This document shows, piece by piece, positions 1 through 8,700 of a DNA stretch of 64,000 nt. The notes beneath the pieces are model-generated. The model was given only the letters and a program-made list of their open reading frames with translations. It had not been told where the DNA came from and did no database searches. Numbering within the stretch: the first letter of the stretch is position 1; each line of letters opens with the position of its first letter. This stretch comes from an uncultured Clostridia bacterium. Its GTDB lineage: Bacteria > Bacillota > Clostridia > Christensenellales > CAG-314. The DNA lies in contig CANPXV010000008.1 of NCBI GenBank assembly GCA_947586855.1, positions 8,872 through 72,871 of the forward strand. The letters are read 5' to 3'. The position numbers and the translations under genes are program-made.

Positions 1-1
1 C

Positions 2-253
2 GACAGCTTTGGCATATCCCGAGGCATGGTGGGCACAATGGCGGATATCCGAGGCGTGGACAGCTGGGTAAACTTTACCGAGACGGACGCAGGCATATTG
101 TGCGAGCTGCGCTCCAAAAAGTACAACATCAACCCTGTGGCCGTCAAATACGGCGGCGGAGGACACGCCAAGGCCAGCGGCGCAACCGTGCCCGATTGGC
201 AAACAGCGCACAATATGATAGAGGACCTGAAAGCACTGCACAGAGGAGCTTGA
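2..253 (+). CDS. DHH/DHHA1-family phosphoesterase (NrnA-like), C-terminal fragment; the 5' end lies outside the window
   Basis: The frame is open from the window edge to the stop at 251-253. It carries the DHHA1 signature KYGGGGHAKASGA and is a tandem paralog of the next gene. Confidence 0.6.
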   Translation, partial: DSFGISRGMVGTMADIRGVDSWVNFTETDAGILCELRSKKYNINPVAVKYGGGGHAKASGATVPDWQTAHNMIEDLKALHRGA

Positions 254-254
254 T

Positions 255-1238
255 ATGACGCAAAAAGAGACAATGCAACAAATTTTGGACAAAATCGTCC
301 AATACGACAAAATAATCATCACCCGCCATGTGCGCCCCGACGGCGACGCAATAGGTTCGTCACGAGGGCTTGCGGCAATGCTGCGGCTGAGCTTTCCCGA
401 CAAAAAAATCTACGTCCAGACCGAGGACAAAAGCGACTATCTGGCATTTTTGGGGCCGGACGACGAGCGCTTGCCCGATAGCGAGTACGAGGGGGCGCTG
501 CTTATCGTCACCGACACCGCCACGCTGGACCGCATAAGCAACAGCAGGGTGGATCTGGCAAGCGAAATTGTCAAGATCGACCACCACATCAACATCAAAC
601 CCTACGGCGACGTCAGCTGGGTGGAAGATTGGCGCTCCTCCTGCTGCGAGATGATCGCTTTCTTCTACGAGACGTTCAGCGATGTGTTGAAGCTGGACAA
701 GGAGGCGGCAACCTACATCTACTGCGGCTTGGTGACGGACAGCGGCCGATTCCGCTACGAGGCCACCACGGGCGACACGCTGCGTATCGGCGGCATGCTG
801 CTGGATTTCGGCGTGGACATCGAGACGCTGTACGCACAGCTGTACCTCGAAGACTACTCACAGCTGAAATTTCAGGCCTACGTGCTGCAACACATGCAAA
901 CCACCGCCAATGGATTGGTGTACCTGCATGTGGACAAAAAAATGCAAAAAAAGTTTGCCCTGACCACCGAGCAGGCCAGCGAGGCGATAAGCTACCTCAA
1001 ATTTATCAAGGGCTGCCTGGCGCAGTTGGCCTTTATCGATATGCCCGACGGCACCATCAGGGTGCGGCTGAGAAGTCGCTTTATGACCATCAACCGTCTG
1101 GCGGAAAAGTACGGCGGCGGCGGACATCAATGCACCTGCGGCGCAACGCTGCACAACAAAAAGGAAATTGCCGCAATGATCGCCGACGGCGACAAAATGG
1201 TGGCGCAATACAAGGCCGAAAACAAGGGGTGGCTATGA
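255..1238 (+). CDS. nrnA: DHH/DHHA1-family phosphoesterase (oligoribonuclease / pAp phosphatase NrnA-like)
   Basis: 327-aa ORF with the DHH block (ITRHVRPDGDAIGS, KIDHH) and the DHHA1 motif EKYGGGGH. Confidence 0.8.
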   Translation: MTQKETMQQILDKIVQYDKIIITRHVRPDGDAIGSSRGLAAMLRLSFPDKKIYVQTEDKSDYLAFLGPDDERLPDSEYEGALLIVTDTATLDRISNSRVDLASEIVKIDHHINIKPYGDVSWVEDWRSSCCEMIAFFYETFSDVLKLDKEAATYIYCGLVTDSGRFRYEATTGDTLRIGGMLLDFGVDIETLYAQLYLEDYSQLKFQAYVLQHMQTTANGLVYLHVDKKMQKKFALTTEQASEAISYLKFIKGCLAQLAFIDMPDGTIRVRLRSRFMTINRLAEKYGGGGHQCTCGATLHNKKEIAAMIADGDKMVAQYKAENKGWL

Positions 1239-1945
1239 AAATCTTGGTTGCAAATGACGACGGTATCAACTCCGAAGGGTTGCGGCTGCTTGTGCAATGG
1301 GCTATGCGTATGGGCCAAGTGACAGTGTGCGCACCCGCCTTGCAGCAAAGCGCAAAAAGCCACGCTATCAACATCCACGACCCGATAGAGGTGTATCCGG
1401 CCCCCTACATCGACGGTGCGGAGGCCTACGTTGTGCACTCCACCCCCGTCGACTGCGTGCGTTTTGGCACGCTTGGCCTCAAACGCAGCTATGACCTGGT
1501 GCTATCCGGCATAAACAAGGGCTTCAATATGGGCGAGGATATGCTGTACAGCGGCACTGTGGCCAACATCTACGAGGCGGCGCTGCGTGGCTGCCGAGGC
1601 ATTGCCTTCTCTACCGACCCGACAAGTTTTGAGCGGGCGGACAAGCTGGACGAAGTGTGGCAATATATCGTCAAGCACGACCTGTTTGCCCACTGCCGCC
1701 ACTTCAATGTCAACATCCCCCTCACGGTACACGGCATCAAGTGGACGCAGCAGGGCGGCCCCTACTTTACCGACGAGTTTGTAAAGGCGGGCGACAATTT
1801 GTACAGTCAGGAGGGTTACAGCGTGTACCAGATCGGCCACGACCTGACGCTGGATACCGACGCCGTGATGAACGGGTATATATCCGTGACGCCCATCTCC
1901 ATCCGCCGAGACGACCCCGAAGTGTGGCGCAAAGTGCGCTTGTGA
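1235..1945 (+). CDS. surE: 5'/3'-nucleotidase SurE
   Basis: The ATG at 1235 overlaps the upstream stop (ATGA). The N-terminus MKILVANDDGINSEGL and the SGINKGFNMG block are typical of SurE. The track start at 629 is an out-of-frame extension across nrnA. Confidence 0.9.
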   Translation: MKILVANDDGINSEGLRLLVQWAMRMGQVTVCAPALQQSAKSHAINIHDPIEVYPAPYIDGAEAYVVHSTPVDCVRFGTLGLKRSYDLVLSGINKGFNMGEDMLYSGTVANIYEAALRGCRGIAFSTDPTSFERADKLDEVWQYIVKHDLFAHCRHFNVNIPLTVHGIKWTQQGGPYFTDEFVKAGDNLYSQEGYSVYQIGHDLTLDTDAVMNGYISVTPISIRRDDPEVWRKVRL

Positions 1946-1962
1946 AAATTTCTTGCTGATTG

Positions 1963-2052
1963 CACCTCGCTGCGCCTCGCCGGTGGGGCCACCTCGCCGG
2001 TGAGGCGAGCGGGGAACATATGGTGCTCGTAATTGACGAGTGCAGGGTTTTT
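1963..2052 (+). repeat. Mosaic REP-like element: CACCTCGCCGGTGRGGC units plus a terminator hairpin (downstream of surE)
   Basis: tgCACCTCGCtgcGCCTCGCCGGTGGGGCCACCTCGCCGGTGAGGCGAGCGGGG is followed by GTGCTCGTaattgACGAGTGC and a T-run. Confidence 0.8.
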
Positions 2053-2293
2053 ATAAAATGAGACCTACTTTTTTGAAGAAGTAGGCCTTTTTATATTGCA
2101 AAGTTCTGTGAAAAATGTGGCGGGTTGGAAGCAATCAAAACACAACACAAGCTATCCTCAACTACACCCTGCGCACAAAATTTTGCGGCAATGGGGTAAA
2201 AAAACGACCCAACACGCCTCACCAATGCGGTGAAACGCCTTGCAATATCTCAATAATAAATATTTACTGAAAAAATTTCTTATATAAAAATAA

Positions 2294-2390
2294 GCACCCG
2301 CCTGCAATCAGACGAGTGCTTGAAAACTGTTCCTACTTGCCTCACCGGCGAGGTGGCCTCACCGACGAGGTGCAGCGAGGTACAGAGAGA
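2294..2390 (-). repeat. Mosaic REP-like element plus terminator hairpin (downstream of the minus-strand 5'-nucleotidase)
   Basis: Reverse-complement copy: GCACCCGCCTGcaatCAGACGAGTGC, then CCTCACCGGCGAGGTGGCCTCACCGACGAGGTG. Confidence 0.75.
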
Positions 2391-2396
2391 GTTTAT

Positions 2397-4097
2397 CTAA
2401 CGGACGGCCTTGCGCCTCTTGACGAGCAGCACCACCACAACCGTCACAACGGCGGCCACCACCAGCACTGCGCCGACGATTATCAACACCAAGGCCCAGG
2501 TGGGCAGTGTGCTGCCGCTGTTGCCGTTGTTGATAGCGGTCAGGTTGTAGGGCTCGATGGGCAGGTCGGCCAGACTGCGCAGTTTTTTGGCATTGGTGTG
2601 CACGTTGTTATCCGCTACATAGGGCGAGACGTCCAGCGTGCCCGTTTGCGACTGCAAAAAGTCCTTGGTGATGAGGCGATAGTTGTACACCTGTCCATCC
2701 TTTTGCAGCGGGATCGGATCAAAACCGCTTGTGAACGCCGACGGGAAGTAGTTGTAGTTGCGTTCGGAATTTTGGTGATACAACAGGTAGTCTATCACGG
2801 CGATGTAGTAGAAGGACTTGTCGGAGTCGGTCACCGCACGTCCGCTGACACGCCACATGCTCTGGCCGGAGTAGCCCATCTCCTTGTTGATGTCCCTGCC
2901 GGACACCTTGGCGATGTAGACGGTGTTGTCAAAGGGCAGCGCCGTGTACAGCGAGGAGTTGGTAACATTGCCGCTGATATTGGCACGGGCCTCGTTGACA
3001 ATGGCCAGATCGATGACGTAGCCCTGCTGCTTGGCAAAGTCGGCAATGGCGTTGCACACCAGGCGGGGCAGGCCGGGATTTTTGCTGAGCGAGCCGCTAA
3101 GCTTGCCCAGCACCTTGTTGCGGTCCTCGATGGCGGCATTGGAGTTGTCAATCAACGTTTGCACCTTGTTTTGCACTGTGGCATCGATATCGCTCAGGCT
3201 GTTGTACGAGATATTTTCGTAAGTCTCGACATTGACGTTGCCGTTGCTGACGGAAAACTTTACGTGCGAAACAAAGTCGCCGTAGCGCTTGCCCTGCAAA
3301 AAGGGCAAACCGTCCACCAGATAGCGCTCCTCCGAGTGGGTGTGGGCGCAGAACATGGCGTCAACGTAGTCCTCCAAGCCGGCCGCCGACGAGGGCTTTT
3401 TGTAGTCGTCATCCTCGCCGACAATGCCCTGCGGTCCTGCGTGGGCGCTTACCACCACGATGTCGCAATCTTGCTGCTCTCTCAGCTCGGTGGCAAGCTT
3501 CTTGATGATGGGCAGCGGCTCCTTGAAGCCTATCGTCTGCACCAACTGAGAGCTGATGGACGTGATCTGGTCCTTACCGATGACGCCGATGACACCCACC
3601 TTGACGCCGTTTACCTCTTTGATGATGTACTCGTCGGCAAAGTCGTCGGCAAAGTCTCCCCAGCCGTCGGTACGGTTCCAATTGTAGATGTTTGCGCCGA
3701 GAAACGGTATGCCGCTGGTGGATGCCAGGTTGCGCAGGTTATCCATACCCCAATCGAACTCGTGGTTGCCGTAGGTCATGCAGTCGAAGCCTGCCTCCTT
3801 CATGCAGTCGGTCAGCAGCCTGCCCGAGTTGCTGTTGGACTCCATCGAGCCTTGAAACATATCTCCGGAGTTGATTATCACCGCCCCCTTGGCCTTTTGT
3901 GCGGCAAGAAAGCCTGCAATTTTGGGCATTTGCTCCACCTGCCCATGAAAGTCGTTGATGGCGTACACATCCACATACTGTGTGCCGTCGGCAAAGGCGA
4001 CGCTCTGCGCAAACACAACAGCGCCCAAAGCGCAAAAAGCTATTGCAAAAAACACAACAGCCAACGCTACCGATACAAATCTCTTTTTTGTTGTCAC
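2397..4097 (-). CDS. Bifunctional metallophosphatase / 5'-nucleotidase, secreted and membrane-anchored
   Basis: Contains the motifs NDFHGQ, GDMFQGS and GNHEFDWG. The GTG at 4097 follows GGAGAT and yields the signal peptide KKRFVSVALAVVFFAIAFCALGAVVFA. The C-terminus is a hydrophobic helix followed by KRRKAVR. Confidence 0.85.
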   Translation of the reverse strand: MTTKKRFVSVALAVVFFAIAFCALGAVVFAQSVAFADGTQYVDVYAINDFHGQVEQMPKIAGFLAAQKAKGAVIINSGDMFQGSMESNSNSGRLLTDCMKEAGFDCMTYGNHEFDWGMDNLRNLASTSGIPFLGANIYNWNRTDGWGDFADDFADEYIIKEVNGVKVGVIGVIGKDQITSISSQLVQTIGFKEPLPIIKKLATELREQQDCDIVVVSAHAGPQGIVGEDDDYKKPSSAAGLEDYVDAMFCAHTHSEERYLVDGLPFLQGKRYGDFVSHVKFSVSNGNVNVETYENISYNSLSDIDATVQNKVQTLIDNSNAAIEDRNKVLGKLSGSLSKNPGLPRLVCNAIADFAKQQGYVIDLAIVNEARANISGNVTNSSLYTALPFDNTVYIAKVSGRDINKEMGYSGQSMWRVSGRAVTDSDKSFYYIAVIDYLLYHQNSERNYNYFPSAFTSGFDPIPLQKDGQVYNYRLITKDFLQSQTGTLDVSPYVADNNVHTNAKKLRSLADLPIEPYNLTAINNGNSGSTLPTWALVLIIVGAVLVVAAVVTVVVVLLVKRRKAVR

Positions 4098-4400
4098 TGT
4101 GATCTCCTTGAAGTTTCCGCTTGGTTGCGGCTGAGTTGGTAAAAAATTGTGCTGCGATAGGCGGCAAAAACCCAAAAACACTACGGAGTCTTTCGTTTGA
4201 CCGCACACGGCGGAGGAAAAGTTTCGCATAAAAAACGAACAAAACTACTTATATCCGCAGTCAACCGAATTAGTTGACGCTATTCTATCAATAAGATATT
4301 ATACAGCAAATTGTTCACTTTTGCAATAGGTGACGCAACAAAAGCCGTCGTTTTTTGCAGGTTTGACGGTGTTTTTTGCAGGTTTGGCGGCGCTTGGCAC

Positions 4401-4431
4401 AAAAAAAATCAAGCGCCTATGTGCGGCGCTT
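4401..4431 (-). terminator. Intrinsic terminator
   Basis: On the minus strand: AAGCGCCgcacataGGCGCTT followed by T8. Confidence 0.7.
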
Positions 4432-4710
4432 GACGGAGACAAACTCTATTTTGCCCCAGATGTCCCTCAACGTGGCCCTGCGACCCCGCCCCAGACGGAA
4501 AATTTTGTCGTCCCGAAAGGCGCCGTAGAAGTGCACCACCTCTTTGCGATCGGGCGTCAGGGTCAGCTCGATGTACTCGCCGCCGTCGGGCAGGGGCTGC
4601 GCCGTGACCGAGCAGTGCGCATAGTGGCCGTAATCCCGAACGCAAAATTGCGCCTCGCTGATTGCGCCCGAGTTGAGATCCTGTACAAATTGTGCGTAGG
4701 TGTAGTCCAT
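4417..4710 (-). CDS. Hypothetical small protein
   Basis: 97-aa ORF starting MDYTYAQF, with GAGG 8 nt upstream of the ATG at 4710 and a terminator at its 3' end. I recognise no motif. Confidence 0.5.
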   Translation of the reverse strand: MDYTYAQFVQDLNSGAISEAQFCVRDYGHYAHCSVTAQPLPDGGEYIELTLTPDRKEVVHFYGAFRDDKIFRLGRGRRATLRDIWGKIEFVSVKRRT

Positions 4711-4843
4711 TTGCTGCCTCGTCTGCGTTGCGGGCGACGCCACATCGCCGCCCTTTGCCGATATTATATATCATCTCACCCCCATTTTGCAACATTTTCC
4801 GCCGAAATGTGCCCGACAGCCACAAAAACAAGCAACCGAACAC

Positions 4844-4867
4844 AAAAAAACGGCTTATCAAAGCCGT
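4844..4867 (-). terminator. Intrinsic terminator
   Basis: On the minus strand: ACGGCTTtgatAAGCCGT followed by T7. Confidence 0.7.
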
Positions 4868-4875
4868 TGAAAATA

Positions 4876-5274
4876 TCAATTGATTGCACTTGCGTCGAGG
4901 TAACTCCAAGCCGAGTCGCCACGTCTGCCCGAAGAATCTACCGCCTTTATGCGAATGATAGTGTTCGGATCGTCGGGACAACTCCACCGACAAGCCTCCG
5001 CAACAAATTGCCGACCGTTTACCTCCACAATGTAGTACGAGGCATGCCTGACGGCGTCCCACGTTACCAAATCGCCCTGCCGCCTGATGTTATCCACAGC
5101 GCCCAATCTTTTTGCCACAGGCGCAACGTTGATGTGTGGCACGTCGAACAGGCTGTTGGCGACATAAATAAACGATGCCGCAACAAGCGCCACAAAAAGT
5201 ATCATTGTTGCCGTTTTGAAAATTTTGATTGCCCACACACTTCGGTGTCTGTCTGTTTTGTCTTGTCCTTTCAT
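4876..5274 (-). CDS. Hypothetical N-terminally membrane-anchored protein
   Basis: AAGGAGG lies upstream of the ATG at 5274. One TM helix (ATMILFVALVAASFIYVA) is followed by a roughly 90-aa beta-rich domain, and a terminator lies downstream. Confidence 0.55.
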   Translation of the reverse strand: MKGQDKTDRHRSVWAIKIFKTATMILFVALVAASFIYVANSLFDVPHINVAPVAKRLGAVDNIRRQGDLVTWDAVRHASYYIVEVNGRQFVAEACRWSCPDDPNTIIRIKAVDSSGRRGDSAWSYLDASAIN

Positions 5275-5712
5275 GTTTTTTTCCTCCTTGTTTTGGGACA
5301 ATTTTGCATTAAAAAAAGAGATACAATAGTACCTCTATCGCACTTGCTCTTTAAGTGCAACGCAATTCTATCACTGCGCAAAACTGCCGTCAACTGTTTT
5401 TAACTACTTTTTTGCGATTTTTACAAACAAATTTGGACAAATTTGCAAACAATTTTTTTGAGCGCTTTTTCAAAAAATGCATGCGTTACAAAGCGCCGCT
5501 AATACCGCACGGACGAAAGACAAAATATATGGACGTTGTTGCGGTATATACAAATCCGAACGCCCCATGAACCTTGTTTTGGTTCAGTTGACGTCCAGAA
5601 TGGTCTGGTTCCATTGCACAAAGCGGAAAACGGGCGATGCGCGGCGCAAGGGGCAGCGGAAAAATGAACGCCGCAGTCATATAATTTATATAATAAAATC
5701 ACCCTTCTCAAC

Positions 5713-5741
5713 TTGACATTTTTTGCGGGGGGGGGTACAAT
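5713..5741 (+). promoter_or_regulatory. Sigma-A-type promoter with a G9 tract in the spacer
   Basis: TTGACA (5713-5718), a 17-nt spacer ttttttgcGGGGGGGGG, then TACAAT (5736-5741). The GGAGG and ATG of the LRR gene lie 25-36 nt downstream. Confidence 0.7.
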
Positions 5742-5776
5742 CTATTTGTGATAAAATTTCCCTATGGAGGTAATGA

Positions 5777-8700
5777 ATGAAAAAATTCAGGCACATAGCC
5801 ATTGCGATCCTTGCGGCGTTGGCGTTGGTAAGCGTGTGTGCTGCCGTTGCTGCGTGCGATACCAACGGCCACGAAAACAACTGCACGCACCCCAATTGTG
5901 AATGGGTTCCACTGAATGAATTCCTGCACCAACAAATATGCGCAGATTGCGGCGATATTGTAAATGAAGAACCCCACAGTTTTGATACGAACAACGTGGA
6001 GTTGTTACGCAAATGCACGCTCTGCGGGTACACGGAAAATATTGAGCCAATCGACCCCGGCGATGAGGATGAATATGGCGGATTGTACGAATACCAACTG
6101 TCGAGTGAGGACGCAGACGGCGTTTGCGGCATACGGTTGCAAGTCAACCTGCACTACGCCCGAAAGAACGTGACGGAGATACCCTCCGAGGCGCCGGAAA
6201 AAGAGTGTGAAAATTTGGAGCGTTGGGCTTCGGAGCGCGGGGCCGAGTTCGCAAACGAAGTCCGCAGATTGGAGTTTGGAAACTACGATTACGACTACTA
6301 CAAGCCGACAAAAGAGATGTTCACTTCCCTCGCCATCCCCGAAAGCGTGGAAGAAATATATGTGTACTTGGACAGCACCGATACCCTTGAAGCCAACGGC
6401 CAAACAATGAGTGAGTTCCAGTGGTTCAAGTCTCTGTGCAAGCACGAGGACGGCGGCTACTACCTCGGCACGGCAAACAACGCCTACCACGCCTTTATAT
6501 GTGCGGACAAGGTGGAAGAGCTCACTGTGCATGCGGGCACCAAGATCTTCCTCAACAACGCCCTGCGTGATGGTAGTTACGAGCCGGAAGCGGCGTACAC
6601 TCTCAAAAAGATCACCCTCCCCGAGGGCATCAAGAGCCTGCCTGAGGGAGGATTCTATCGCATGTACCAACTCAGAGAGGTCAACATCCCCGATGGCGTC
6701 ACGTACATACCGGCGCATTGCTTTGAGGAAACAGAGGTGTCGGAGTTGACCATTCCCGACTCCGTTGTGGAAATAGGGGACGAGGCCTTCAGGTTTGCTC
6801 CTCTGCACACCTTGGTGCTGCCGGACAGCGTAACAAAGCTGGGCAAAAAGCTCTTTGTGCCCAGCGATGATTACGGCCACGCCATGAGATACTTGGAGTT
6901 GGGCAGCGGCATCACCGAGCTGCCCGAGGGCACCTTCACCCCCAATGTGGAGATTTTGGAGCTGTGCAACCGGTCGCAGCTGACCCTCACCAACGATGCC
7001 GAGGACGACACGGGAACGTACATCAACGCACACCACATCATCACGGACCCGGCTGAAACAAGCATATTCACGGAGGGCGAGTACGTCTACTACCGCAACG
7101 GGTACGATGTGCTGTGCATCGACTACATTGGCGAGGAAACGGCGCTGACCCTGCCGGAAATGTACGGCCAAGTATCCTACAGCGCCACGCCCCTCTTTGG
7201 CGGCTTTTCAAATGTGACGGAGTTGACCATTCCCACCACTGTGCACAGCTGGAGCCTGAACCATCCCTGCAGATACGGCGCCAACACGCAAATATGCGTT
7301 CCCGAAAAGATAACGGGCAGCTGGCAGCTAATACAAGACTTTCAAAACGACAAGCTCGAGTACCTATACGATGACCATGTGTACAGGGACACCCGCGAGA
7401 TAGTTGTACTGGGCAACATACGGATTCAGTCCACGCACAGGAGCGAGTTCGACAAGGTGACCCTCGACACATCCGTGAAAAGCGTCACGCCCGCCCCGGA
7501 TGAAACCAGCCACTACAGCAACCTGCTGACGGCAACTGACCTGTATGTGATGCCCGGCGCTTTGGCCGATTGCGACACCGCCGTGCTCGGACGACTATTT
7601 GCAAGGAACAGCCTCAAGGCAGATTGCCGCATTGTTGCGCATATTGTGGCCGATGGCGGATACGATCAGGTGATAGAGAGAGTGGAGATAACTTCCTACG
7701 ACCCCAACACATACACGACGCCTGCCAGCACATACAGCACATGCGGCATCCGTGAGCTGGTGGTAAGTGAAGGCATCACCACATTGCCGGATTACCTGTT
7801 TGGCAGCAACGATTATGTATGGCTGGAGAAGGTGACCCTGCCGCAAAGCTTCCGCGTGATACCCGATAGATTGCTGCTTGGCGGCGATTTTGAAGAGATA
7901 GAGCTGCCCGAGGGCATCACCAAGATAGGCAACGATGCCTTCAGGGACTGCGAAAACCTCAAAACACTGACCGTGCCCGCAGGAGTGGAACACATAGGCG
8001 CCTATGCGTTTTTGGATTGCAATGCGCTAACATCCATAGTGATGCCGGACGCCCTGAGTTTCCTCGGCTGGCAGGCATTCAACTCCGAAACCATCGGCGA
8101 CAGAGTGGGCGGCGTGATATACCTCGGCAAGTATGCCATCGGCTTTGACGGCACCATCGATGACGTGGTGTTGAGGGACAACACCGAAAAGCTTTTCGAC
8201 TTCGGCTATGCGCCCGGCAACCCAAGGTACAACATTGACCCCACCATCACCTCCATAGAGCTGCCTGCCTCCCTCGATTGTTGGGCGAGCTTGGTGTGGG
8301 CAGAGGACAACTTCGGCTTGGACGGCAACGGTAAAAGCGTGACATACGCCGACCTCAAGGAGATAAGGGTGGACGATGCCAACGAGCACTTCGCCTCCTG
8401 CACCGGCCTGCTGTACAACAAGGCGCAGACGGAGTTGCTGTGCGTGCCCTACTGCTTTGACCCCGAGCAGGTGCACTTCCCCGAGACGCTTACGCACATA
8501 GGCGAGGACCTGTTTAATAACACAGCGGCCTTTTGGCAGCGCCCGACCCGTGAGCTGTGGGAGCTTGACGGCTGGGTACTGTACTTATCTCTCGACAGTG
8601 GAGTGCCCGAAGTGGACCCGACCAAGCGCTACGCCGATGGCATATTGGACAATATCGACAAATTCAGCTGGCAAGGCTTCATTTATAACCAAACAGACGG

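Noticed and set aside
629-1234. N-terminal 202-codon extension of the surE ORF in the track
   Set aside because: It overlaps the nrnA-like gene in another frame and is Arg/Gly/His-rich nonsense. The real start, MKILVANDDG at 1235, overlaps the upstream stop.
2397-2535. LPXTG sortase signal at the C-terminus of the 5'-nucleotidase
   Set aside because: The sequence is STLPTWA, followed by a hydrophobic helix and KRRK. The T-G of LPXTG is missing, so I treat it as a plain C-terminal membrane anchor. A variant sorting signal cannot be excluded.
2316-4142. 608-aa plus-strand ORF
   Set aside because: It lies antisense to the well-supported 5'-nucleotidase gene. The translation is low-complexity (G/V/A/H/D/L-rich), with no motif and no RBS. 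This is the typical open antisense frame of GC-rich coding DNA.
4330-5403. 357-aa plus-strand ORF
   Set aside because: It spans two minus-strand genes that each have an RBS and a terminator. It shows no motifs and no coherent composition.
6005-7171. 388-aa minus-strand ORF (and similar ones at 8027-8497 and 8585-9250)
   Set aside because: They lie antisense to the LRR lipoprotein gene and show no motifs.
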